Origin: a virus
Length of the DNA: 64,000 bases
IMG/VR virus record: IMGVR_UViG_3300036985_003683
Coordinates: 23,019-87,018 of that record
Reading direction: 5' to 3' (one strand)
Position numbers and translations under genes: made by a program. The notes under the pieces were generated by a model. That model searched no databases and was not told where the DNA came from. It worked only from the letters and a program-made list of their open reading frames with translations. Of the stretch, positions 55,126 to 63,171 are shown one piece after another; the stretch's first letter is position 1, and every line of letters starts with the position of its first letter.

Positions 55126-56736
55126 TTACTGAGGGCGCGAAACGAACAGTCCAGTACGTGGATCCTGAACAACTGAATCCATGTGGAACTGAGGAACGGC
55201 CTTCTTGATGATGGAATCGAGTTCGTCGAATTCCTTCTTCTGGTCGTCGTTGTTCTGCTGATCGAGAACAACATGGTTGTGATCATTGGTCTGGCGAGTC
55301 GTTGAGACAGTGTGTCCCTCAGGCAAGCTTTCAATGATGGACAACTGATGTTCAACGCGATCTGCCCAAGAGTCCCACTCCTGGCCAACTGAAGTCTCAT
55401 TCGAGAACTGCAGTGCTTCCGTCTTTGGCAACATCTTGTCGTATGCCGCCTTGTTCATTCGTCCAGACTTCATCGCTGCCTCAGTGCGCTGAGCGATGTT
55501 GCTCAGACGGCTGCGGTTGCGATCCAGAAGCAGTCCGTGATTCTGCGCACGGAGTGCAACGAACTCTGGAGACGAAGTAATGTCAAAGGCTGGGAAGGTT
55601 GACTTGCCCTTACCTTTGCCCTTACCTTCGCCTTCGTCGTCTTCTTCTTCGCCGTCCTTGGTCGGCATAGGCTTGGCGAATTCAATTGCCTGCACCTTGT
55701 CGAACCAATTTTCAGTAGTCAGCGAACCTGTTTCGAGACTGAACTTCGCTTCCAATGAACGAAGTTGTGGACCCGTCAATAACATATCAGACCCCTTCTC
55801 CCGTAAGAGTAATTGACCCCTGTCAAAAGCCTTGCCAGTCAACTCAGTCAAAGCAGGATCGTTATCTGACTGATGTGCCATACCAAAATGGAGAACGCGA
55901 AATGCTCCCTCCAAAGTGTCATTAGCCAGCCAATACTCCTCCACTGATGAAATTGACCGCTGTCTTTCCTCGGGAGTCCCGAATGAAAGAGCGGCACAAA
56001 CATCGACCCACGCTGGATCGTTCAAAATCGTCCGTGCAGCACCAATTTCCAATCCCTTGGAAAGTTTATCTTCAGAACGTGGAGCGGTCTGCATCAGGTC
56101 TTGGACCAGATCCAACAACTGCTTACGATCCAAGACATATCCATTGTAGTCAGTACCCTCAGTAGGGACGTCCGCGACCATATCCAGATAAACAGCTGCG
56201 ACTGCCTCACCCGCTTGATCGAAAGCAACAAAGTCACTCTGTCCTGGGATCACTGCGTAGTTGGTGAGTGCTACGTGTTCAACGCATTCTCCAAATTCCG
56301 CCACCGTACCATCAGGCATAGAGTGTTTTACATTCGGGTGAATGGAAACTGACACTCCCTTGATTGTAGTGTTGATCCTTGAAGAGTCTTCCCCTCGGGG
56401 AATAGCCTGCAATGTGAACAACGCATACTTACCGTCGGGCTTTTGTCGAACTTCCATCTCCTGAACGAATCCCGCGTTCTGTTCTGGTGTGTAAGTGTGA
56501 CCGTAAGGTACTGGAACGTTGATGTTGTGAGGCTTCTGCTTGTTGTAGAAGTTGTCAACCCAACCCTGCATTCTGTCTTTGGTCACATTCAGAGTGAAGC
56601 CCCTGACAGGATGCTTCCACACTCCCTGTGGAATGGATTCTTTCCAAAACAGGTCGAAAGCCTTAGCCTCCCCTTCGGGGGGAGCCTCTATGTCAAAGGT
56701 AGACTGGACCGTGTTGAAAATAAGAGCCTGACGCAT
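55126..56736 (-). CDS. Capsid maturation protease/scaffold (Mu gpI-like)
   Basis: PVPYGH..NAG, VSVSI, HVALTNY; acidic/helical C-terminal scaffold. Confidence 0.75.
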   Translation of the reverse strand: MRQALIFNTVQSTFDIEAPPEGEAKAFDLFWKESIPQGVWKHPVRGFTLNVTKDRMQGWVDNFYNKQKPHNINVPVPYGHTYTPEQNAGFVQEMEVRQKPDGKYALFTLQAIPRGEDSSRINTTIKGVSVSIHPNVKHSMPDGTVAEFGECVEHVALTNYAVIPGQSDFVAFDQAGEAVAAVYLDMVADVPTEGTDYNGYVLDRKQLLDLVQDLMQTAPRSEDKLSKGLEIGAARTILNDPAWVDVCAALSFGTPEERQRSISSVEEYWLANDTLEGAFRVLHFGMAHQSDNDPALTELTGKAFDRGQLLLREKGSDMLLTGPQLRSLEAKFSLETGSLTTENWFDKVQAIEFAKPMPTKDGEEEDDEGEGKGKGKGKSTFPAFDITSSPEFVALRAQNHGLLLDRNRSRLSNIAQRTEAAMKSGRMNKAAYDKMLPKTEALQFSNETSVGQEWDSWADRVEHQLSIIESLPEGHTVSTTRQTNDHNHVVLDQQNNDDQKKEFDELDSIIKKAVPQFHMDSVVQDPRTGLFVSRPQ

Positions 56737-56808
56737 TCTGATTCCTCCAATTATTCTACCGAGGGGAAAGACTTCTTGTGTTTGGAATAGTAAAAAACAA
56801 AGTGTGAG

Positions 56809-57258
56809 TTAAGAGGGGGATTCCACTGTGATAACACTACTGGCGTGATTGACCTTAATGTCCTGAAACCCCGTCTGAGTCAACTCGCACACTTCGTTCA
56901 CTACCTGCTTACGCTTCAGGTTGGTGTTACGAATGTTGATAGCTTGCAGACCCACAGCTGCCAGTTGTAGGAGCTGATCCTGAGGCATACCCGCGAGTGA
57001 CGATGTGTCGTATTCTCCCATCTTCCCTTGACGCAGCGCTGATTCGTAACCCCAGATTTCTGCGTTGATGGCTTGGAGGGAAGCGAAGTATCCCATCAAG
57101 TCAACTCCCTTGGGTCCCCAATACGACAAGAGACCCCTATACACTCGCTCCAACTCAGTAGCTTCACGAGCGGCTTCTGGGTAGTGCTTAGCTTTGAGTT
57201 GGGCAATGGAAAGTCGATCCAGTAGATCAGCAACAGCGACGAGCATGGCAGTACTCAC
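56809..57258 (-). CDS. DUF6165-like helical protein
   Basis: DLLDRLSIAQLK..LQAINAEIWGYESALR..N..RK..VN pattern, usually found with GT9 genes. Confidence 0.55.
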   Translation of the reverse strand: MSTAMLVAVADLLDRLSIAQLKAKHYPEAAREATELERVYRGLLSYWGPKGVDLMGYFASLQAINAEIWGYESALRQGKMGEYDTSSLAGMPQDQLLQLAAVGLQAINIRNTNLKRKQVVNEVCELTQTGFQDIKVNHASSVITVESPS

Positions 57259-58430
57259 TATGTACGAGTGTAGAGGTAAACGTCACCAAAGGAAGTCGTA
57301 GGTAATCCGGGCAGGGAGTGGAAGGGGGAAGCAACTCTGGGAATACGTTTCAACTTGGGAGCTAACTTCTCCAACAGAGGTGGATACAGGTATACAGTGG
57401 CGGCTGTGATACCATAGTCGTAAGGTTCGAATTCTAACACGTCTCCGGTAATGATCTGGATCTTATGTTGCAGTCCAGCCTCCTTTACGCGTTGTCGTGC
57501 CTTGGTAGCGATCGCAGGATCAATCTCGACACCCACAGCAGTGCACCCATAAGTCTCAACAGCTTGGATCAATATGCGAGCGTCGCCACAACCCAAATCC
57601 GCCAGCACGTCATTCTCGTCCAACTTGAGGACGCTCAACATGGCAGTGATAACTTCTGGAGGTGTAGGAGCTACTGCCCTGGAGACATCCTCTACCTTGG
57701 GCGCAACAACTGGAGCGGCTATGGGCTGAGCCTTGATCAAACTAACCTGTCTACGCCACTCAGCTTGGTCTGCCCTGATCGTTGCACACATGTCACATCT
57801 ACGACTAGAGCAACCCCCGTACGTCTCCAGATTTATAGTCCCATATTGTGGATAGTGTCTTATGGGCGAAGGAAGTGCTGGAGCAGCTACAACTACCTGC
57901 GCTACTGGCCGTGGTGTGAAGGCAGTTATCAATGTGGAAGCACTAGTGTATCCCACCCACTCGTGCAATGTCTTTCCTGTCTCGTCTTTTATTCTGAAAG
58001 TGGGAACCTTTAGAACGGTAGGGTCGCGGTGGACAGTCCTGTCTACCTTGGAATAACCTATCCCCGCAGCTTGTACCTTGGGCAACTCACTGTTCTCCCA
58101 ATTCACACATACTCCACAATAGGGAGTCGTACTCATTTCGAGATAGGTGAACGACTTGGGACTTGTGGAGAGAGTCGGTGGGGGCAGTGTGGAGACAGAA
58201 TCACGTGTCAGGACGGGCTCTACCTCGCGGAACTCACTTTCAGACGACTTGAGTGACTCTTTCAACTTCTCCAGGTCTGCCCTCAGCTTCTCGATCTCTT
58301 CGCGAGAATCAGGGAGGAGCGCCTTCGAACTTGAAAAGGTCACAGACCCCGGAGTGCTCGTAGTGGTAATGCTCTGTGCATACAGGGCTGTATGCATGAG
58401 TAACAAACAAAAGGCAGTCGCGTATCTCAA
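57258..58430 (-). CDS. Signal peptide + thioredoxin-like CxxC domain + SAM methyltransferase
   Basis: N-terminal hydrophobic signal, YCGVC..VPTF, LADLGCGDARI..GVEID..VYLYP. Confidence 0.7.
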   Translation of the reverse strand: MRYATAFCLLLMHTALYAQSITTTSTPGSVTFSSSKALLPDSREEIEKLRADLEKLKESLKSSESEFREVEPVLTRDSVSTLPPPTLSTSPKSFTYLEMSTTPYCGVCVNWENSELPKVQAAGIGYSKVDRTVHRDPTVLKVPTFRIKDETGKTLHEWVGYTSASTLITAFTPRPVAQVVVAAPALPSPIRHYPQYGTINLETYGGCSSRRCDMCATIRADQAEWRRQVSLIKAQPIAAPVVAPKVEDVSRAVAPTPPEVITAMLSVLKLDENDVLADLGCGDARILIQAVETYGCTAVGVEIDPAIATKARQRVKEAGLQHKIQIITGDVLEFEPYDYGITAATVYLYPPLLEKLAPKLKRIPRVASPFHSLPGLPTTSFGDVYLYTRT

Positions 58431-58432
58431 GA

Positions 58433-59509
58433 CTATGTCCCCTTCAACTTACGAATTTCACTCACACACCACTGCATGGTGACTTCGTTGACGATGTTTC
58501 GAACTTCCAAATCGCGTACGCGTTTTTCCAACGTATCTGGGACAGGGTTGGGGTTAGGGTTAGGTGTCCCACCACCTGGAATGGGTACAGGTACTCCGCT
58601 GTAGAGACTTCGCAGTCTAGGTCTCGAAGGATCGTTAGGTGGCCATTGGCCAACTGGATTCCCCTGAGTCATTGAGGGATTCATGATTCCCCCGTTCGTG
58701 TGCATGAGGCCCATATTGTGACCGCCCTCGTGCAACAACAGTGCTGAGATCTGCTGCTCCATGACTGGGTCAGTATTGCCCCCAGTGTAGGTAGCTAGGA
58801 GTTTCAGCCAGATCTTACTGCCACAGCTCTCGCTCTGTCCAACGATGGCTAGCCCAATCCATCCAGACGAAGACTGGACGAAGGTGAGCTCACTATTGAT
58901 GTTGCTGGTCCACGTTTCACCAGTAAGAAGGTCTTTCCCATCCATACCAATGAAGCGCATCAACAACCCGATCTCGCAGTTCGCCTTTTGGACGTTCTGC
59001 ATGATCTTCTTCCACAAGTGTGCGTACTTGGGATTCATCCCTGCTGGGTTGACCCGAATTGCCATACAGTGGTAATTAACCGCTCCATGACAATTTGGCC
59101 ATCCGCCGGACGCGATAGCCTCCTCGGTACCCTTCTGCATCTTTTCGACCACAGCCTGGACGTTGGGATCCTCGAACGCACACTCCGTTCCTGGAGGAGG
59201 CAAGTAGTCTGGGATAGGGCAACGGTCTGATTCAACCATTGCTGCCATTGCAGGATCTTCAGCGTCGCCATCAAAGGAAGGTGGACGACCGTGGTGAACC
59301 AAACTCAACTTGGTGTACGCAGTTGAGTCCATCTTGGCCAAAGAGATCATAGCCTGCACGACTACTGGATCACTCGGCTTCAGATTGGCCAGATCATTGA
59401 ATGAAATGTTGGATCCCTCTGGATTGTCGGGAGACCAAAAATGACCATACTCCCACGCAACACGAATTGCAAATTGGGAGAGGGTCTCGTTTGGCTTACG
59501 TGATGGCAC
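58433..59509 (-). CDS. Matrixin (M10/metzincin) metalloprotease with cysteine-switch-like propeptide
   Basis: RCPIPD, HEGGHNMGLMH, Met-turn IMNP, Pro-Asn linker. Confidence 0.8.
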   Translation of the reverse strand: MPSRKPNETLSQFAIRVAWEYGHFWSPDNPEGSNISFNDLANLKPSDPVVVQAMISLAKMDSTAYTKLSLVHHGRPPSFDGDAEDPAMAAMVESDRCPIPDYLPPPGTECAFEDPNVQAVVEKMQKGTEEAIASGGWPNCHGAVNYHCMAIRVNPAGMNPKYAHLWKKIMQNVQKANCEIGLLMRFIGMDGKDLLTGETWTSNINSELTFVQSSSGWIGLAIVGQSESCGSKIWLKLLATYTGGNTDPVMEQQISALLLHEGGHNMGLMHTNGGIMNPSMTQGNPVGQWPPNDPSRPRLRSLYSGVPVPIPGGGTPNPNPNPVPDTLEKRVRDLEVRNIVNEVTMQWCVSEIRKLKGT

Positions 59510-59519
59510 AGCAGTCTCC

Positions 59520-60188
59520 CTAGATGATTCCCAGATTTTTCAGAAGCTGAATGATCAGTTGAACAATCTCAATGATCTTGGCAAAATCGACAGCTTCCTC
59601 AGGAAGTGCCGCCCCCGCTTCACGCACGGCCGCTTCGTGGATGGTGTCCAACGTTGCAGACTGGATATCAAAGGCGGATTGTAGACCCGCACGCAATACG
59701 GAGGGTGACTTGGAGATCCCCGAAGTAGCTTTGACCCATTTGGATAGGACTCCGTCCAACTCCAACGACGTCTCGGCAATGGGTACTGCCATCGTGAGGG
59801 CTTCGTAGAAAGCAGTGTCGTCCAACTTCAACTTGATCAGAGCGTCGATGACAGCAGACAGGGCCAGCGCACTATCCTTAGTCAAGAGTGTCTTGCTCAT
59901 AGCAGCTATCTGAGCTACAGTCGGATCACTAGCTGGCGGGTTCTTTGATGGATCCTTGGGGGGTACGGGAACGCCCGGAATGAACCCCTGTACGATGACG
60001 TCGGCCTCGATAGAGGACCACGTACCAGGTACACCATTCACAACGACTGCGCGGAATACTCCGTTGGGTGTGACCAACAGGATATCACGATCTGCCATGC
60101 ATTGTGAACCGTAGACAGCCACCAACGCTAATACGAACACCTTCAACCAGTTCATAACAATCTCCAGTAAACGGGCGGGACGGGTCAA
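59520..60188 (-). CDS. Exported/membrane protein with amphipathic C-terminal helix
   Basis: MNWLKVFVLALVAVYG signal, Pro-rich linker, DFAKIIEIVQLIIQLLKNLGII. Confidence 0.6.
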   Translation of the reverse strand: MTRPARLLEIVMNWLKVFVLALVAVYGSQCMADRDILLVTPNGVFRAVVVNGVPGTWSSIEADVIVQGFIPGVPVPPKDPSKNPPASDPTVAQIAAMSKTLLTKDSALALSAVIDALIKLKLDDTAFYEALTMAVPIAETSLELDGVLSKWVKATSGISKSPSVLRAGLQSAFDIQSATLDTIHEAAVREAGAALPEEAVDFAKIIEIVQLIIQLLKNLGII

Positions 60189-60201
60189 ATACCGAGTAGA
60201 C

Positions 60202-60606
60202 TTACTCGTCTTCTAATTCCGGAGCTTCACTCATGCATGAAGCAACTACGGCGTCGGAGGCCTTCAGCGCGTGAGCGATGGCCTTCTCTGTGAAGAGCAT
60301 TCCCTGCTCAAGTGTCATTGGGTGACTACTCTGTCCACGAATGCGTCGAAGAGTAATGCGTCGCAAACGCTTAGGTCTCCTCTCGTTCATGCGTGCAACT
60401 TCAGAGCGCGCCTCCGCTGGATCAGACTCAATGTTCTTCTTGAAACACCCAACTAGGCGTGGCAAGAAGTCCATCGCAATGTCCAGAATAACTCCACCGG
60501 CGAGCCCCATCTCCTGGGGATCGATATCGTTGGCTAACGTTTCCGCCTGCTCTCTTAACGTACTCATTGGGGGATGTCCTCGTAGAGAAAATACACTCTG
60601 TTCCAA
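60202..60606 (-). CDS. Hypothetical protein
   Basis: Tiles in the operon; likely start MSTLREQ. Confidence 0.55.
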   Translation of the reverse strand: MEQSVFSLRGHPPMSTLREQAETLANDIDPQEMGLAGGVILDIAMDFLPRLVGCFKKNIESDPAEARSEVARMNERRPKRLRRITLRRIRGQSSHPMTLEQGMLFTEKAIAHALKASDAVVASCMSEAPELEDE

Positions 60607-60610
60607 TGAA

Positions 60611-61042
60611 TTATACGAACAGGGAGGGGAGGTCTGCTAAAGAATCCCCAGGTTGCTGATTACCTGTGAGAAGCTCTATGATGTGTTCTCCGTGGGCCTC
60701 GCTCACCACCTCTACGTAGACCAGATTGGAGAACCAACCGCAGAGAGGACCTGCCCCACTCGTATCCCCGACTATGCGAATGGAGACTACCCCGTCGAGA
60801 TCCCTCTCAACGATCTTCAAATGTGATTGAGTGACGGGCCCAGGTACAGGTGCGACTGGCCAATCTTCGAACGCTGATACTGCCCCCTTGGGAGAACAGT
60901 ATACTCGAAGGTCGAGTGGACAGTTGGGATCCGTCAAACATCCCTCTCTGAACAAGAGGGAATCCGGGTGGGTGGTTGTTTTGTCAAAGTCTACTATGAC
61001 CTCGAATGTGCCACTACTAGCATATACCTTTGCTGGGAACAT
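60611..61042 (-). CDS. Hypothetical protein
   Basis: AGGAG RBS and GGTAGGAT motif upstream. Confidence 0.55.
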   Translation of the reverse strand: MFPAKVYASSGTFEVIVDFDKTTTHPDSLLFREGCLTDPNCPLDLRVYCSPKGAVSAFEDWPVAPVPGPVTQSHLKIVERDLDGVVSIRIVGDTSGAGPLCGWFSNLVYVEVVSEAHGEHIIELLTGNQQPGDSLADLPSLFV

Positions 61043-61169
61043 AACGACTCCTAATTAGGGGGCCTATATAACTATCCTACCTCACAGCGTAGAATGAATA
61101 TACGAAGATCTACAAAAAAGTTACCCCGGTGGAGGTGTCTCCAAGTTCTCGAGGGGTTATTGAGGTCCT

Positions 61170-61248
61170 CGTTGCGGGTACTTTATGTAGCCCCCTGTAA
61201 ACTTTATTGACTTTAACCGGGATAGCTATGGTAAAATCGATGTCAATA
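61170..61248 (+). repeat. Dispersed intergenic dyad element, copy B (inverted relative to A and C)
   Basis: Ungapped 61/79 match to the reverse complement of 28828-28906. Confidence 0.85.
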
Positions 61249-61296
61249 CCCAGGGGGCGAGGAAAATTCCCCCGCGGGGATGCTGAAAAAGCTTGG

Positions 61297-61305
61297 TGGT
61301 ATAAT
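61297..61305 (+). promoter_or_regulatory. Extended -10 promoter TGGTATAAT
   Basis: About 30 bp upstream of the only plus-strand gene; GGAG RBS follows. Confidence 0.65.
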
Positions 61306-61334
61306 CATCAGGACTACTAGCATGGAGCTGAACT

Positions 61335-61667
61335 ATGGTGAAAACGGTTGAAGAACTGCAGGAGTTTGTGGATAGGCGCTGGAGCTTGATCCGAGAGGAG
61401 AAATGGATCTCCCTAGATGTGGAGGTTCTCGAGGCGCAGAACTCCATCTGGATCTCCAGGATCTTTACTCCCAGGGGAATACGGAGTAGGGGGTATGGGC
61501 GCGAGGCCCTAGAGCGACTCTGCGAGGCTGCAGATGAGGATGACGTGAGACTGGTGTTAGGTGTCAACCCCTACGGGGAGCTCACTCATGAACAGCTAGT
61601 GTGCTTTTACGAGTCTGTAGGATTTGAATGGGATGGCGAACTGATGGTCCGGGAACCTAACCCATGA
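61335..61667 (+). CDS. GNAT-fold acetyltransferase-like protein
   Basis: ISRIFTP..RSRGYGREAL..LCEAAD..L..FYESVGF acetyl-CoA binding motifs; has its own promoter and terminator. Confidence 0.75.
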   Translation: MVKTVEELQEFVDRRWSLIREEKWISLDVEVLEAQNSIWISRIFTPRGIRSRGYGREALERLCEAADEDDVRLVLGVNPYGELTHEQLVCFYESVGFEWDGELMVREPNP

Positions 61668-61668
61668 A

Positions 61669-61696
61669 AAAAGTCGTGATTCCCTTCACGACTTTT
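61669..61696. terminator. Bidirectional terminator between convergent genes
   Basis: AAAAGTCGTGA/TCACGACTTTT inverted repeat. Confidence 0.8.
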
Positions 61697-61733
61697 ACTC
61701 GAAATGGATCGCCGCCGAAAGCTCTCCACTATA

Positions 61734-62303
61734 TTATACGGGGACAATTTTGTGTTCTACTAAAGTATCCCTGATGGCTGCATAATGGTCCCCTGTCATA
61801 ACACACTCTGGAACTAGTGACAGAGCATAGTTCCTTTTGTCTGATAGGTCGGAATACCAGAAGAGTATGGGTATGCCGTGTCGCTGATAGAAGTCTCGCA
61901 TATCTGACATCAACAATTGGGCAGAATCACAGATGCGCCTATACTCGACATCGTTAGGTGGTACTGCCCACCTCTCCCACGTTTGCAAAGTGTACTCATG
62001 CCGTACACGTGGATCCCAGGGGCATCTCCCCACCGAGGGCATTTCGACTACCACGAGTAGCGGAAACACTCTGTCCCGAATCGAAGTGTTCCAGAGGGCA
62101 CCAATCTGCCATGCGCCGTAGCCAGGACAGCCCAGGTTGACTACCTTCAACTTAGTAGACGCTTCGAGAGCTGCTGGAACGTCACTATTCAGAGTGTGCT
62201 CTGAACCCATGAACATTACTTCTGCCCCATTGAGGTCTGTCGGCGCGCGCTTCCACTTTAGAATGGGATCAAGCGAAACTTCTACTCCCATCAATTGAAC
62301 CAT
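61734..62303 (-). CDS. SGNH-hydrolase-like protein (degenerate)
   Basis: FMGSEHT and VVNLGCPGYGAWQ resemble SGNH blocks I/II. Confidence 0.4.
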   Translation of the reverse strand: MVQLMGVEVSLDPILKWKRAPTDLNGAEVMFMGSEHTLNSDVPAALEASTKLKVVNLGCPGYGAWQIGALWNTSIRDRVFPLLVVVEMPSVGRCPWDPRVRHEYTLQTWERWAVPPNDVEYRRICDSAQLLMSDMRDFYQRHGIPILFWYSDLSDKRNYALSLVPECVMTGDHYAAIRDTLVEHKIVPV

Positions 62304-63169
62304 TATCGCCTCACGATGAGTGAATGTGTGTCAATAAACTCTTCGACTGATCCACGTAGAGCGTGTCCCCACGTTGTGTTGTTGTTGTTGTGCGTTGGGA
62401 AGAATTGAACACCCCGCACGTTGACCACCATGGGAATTGATCCCCTAGACCGCTTATGAACGATGTTCCCGGTAGCAGGGTTGATCAACTGCATACGTTC
62501 GCCTTCACGAACGGGGTCAGTCAAGTTCTGCATCATTCGATCGGCTGCTGCCAACCACTTATCCTGAGTGGCAGTGGCCTGCGTGTCCTCCACGTTCTTA
62601 CGTTGAGCAACCACCGCGTGGATGTATGCAGAAGCGAGTAAGTCCCAAATCTGCTGCAACGGGATGGGTGTGTTAGATCCGAAGGTGGAAACGTCGTACC
62701 ACGTGGACAAGCGCGCGAGTAGGATGTCCCAAGCGTAGTCTTCTGCAGATGTCAGGTCTAGCTGTGTTACACCCAGAGTCTCATCACCATCGGGAGCGAG
62801 GGTTGCGACTACGCCTTTGATATACCTGTGTCCTGCCACGAGTGTGAAGCTCGCTGGTTTGATCGGTAAGCCTGTTCGCGAAGGTGCTGCTACGACATTC
62901 ACGACAAGCTGAACAGTGTCCGTAGTAGAGTCTGAGAGAGTGACGGCAAACGAGATCGTGTAGGCAACCCCGTCTGTGCCAGCGGCTATAGTCAGAGAGA
63001 TGGCAGTACCACTGTTGACGACTACCTCTCCGCTGACCGTGAGGGCTGCGTCACTTACTGAGGTATCAGTGATAGCTGAGATAGTGACGCCCGTACCCAA
63101 TCTCACAGCGCAGCTGAGGACTACACTCTTGATCTGCCCTGGTTCTTTGTAGATAGTGGGGGTTGACAT
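62303..63169 (-). CDS. Head-tail adaptor-like protein with N-terminal Ig-like domain
   Basis: Beta-rich N-terminus (YKEPG..GTDGVAYTI); C-terminal helical part (LARLSTWYDV..P..L) resembles Mu gp36-type connectors. Confidence 0.45.
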   Translation of the reverse strand: MSTPTIYKEPGQIKSVVLSCAVRLGTGVTISAITDTSVSDAALTVSGEVVVNSGTAISLTIAAGTDGVAYTISFAVTLSDSTTDTVQLVVNVVAAPSRTGLPIKPASFTLVAGHRYIKGVVATLAPDGDETLGVTQLDLTSAEDYAWDILLARLSTWYDVSTFGSNTPIPLQQIWDLLASAYIHAVVAQRKNVEDTQATATQDKWLAAADRMMQNLTDPVREGERMQLINPATGNIVHKRSRGSIPMVVNVRGVQFFPTHNNNNTTWGHALRGSVEEFIDTHSLIVRR

Positions 63170-63171
63170 GT

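Noticed and set aside
144-62641. Numerous plus-strand ORFs of 60-190 aa in the ORF track
   Set aside because: They are antisense shadows of well-supported minus-strand genes with no recognisable motifs; only 61335..61667 has motif, promoter, RBS and terminator support.
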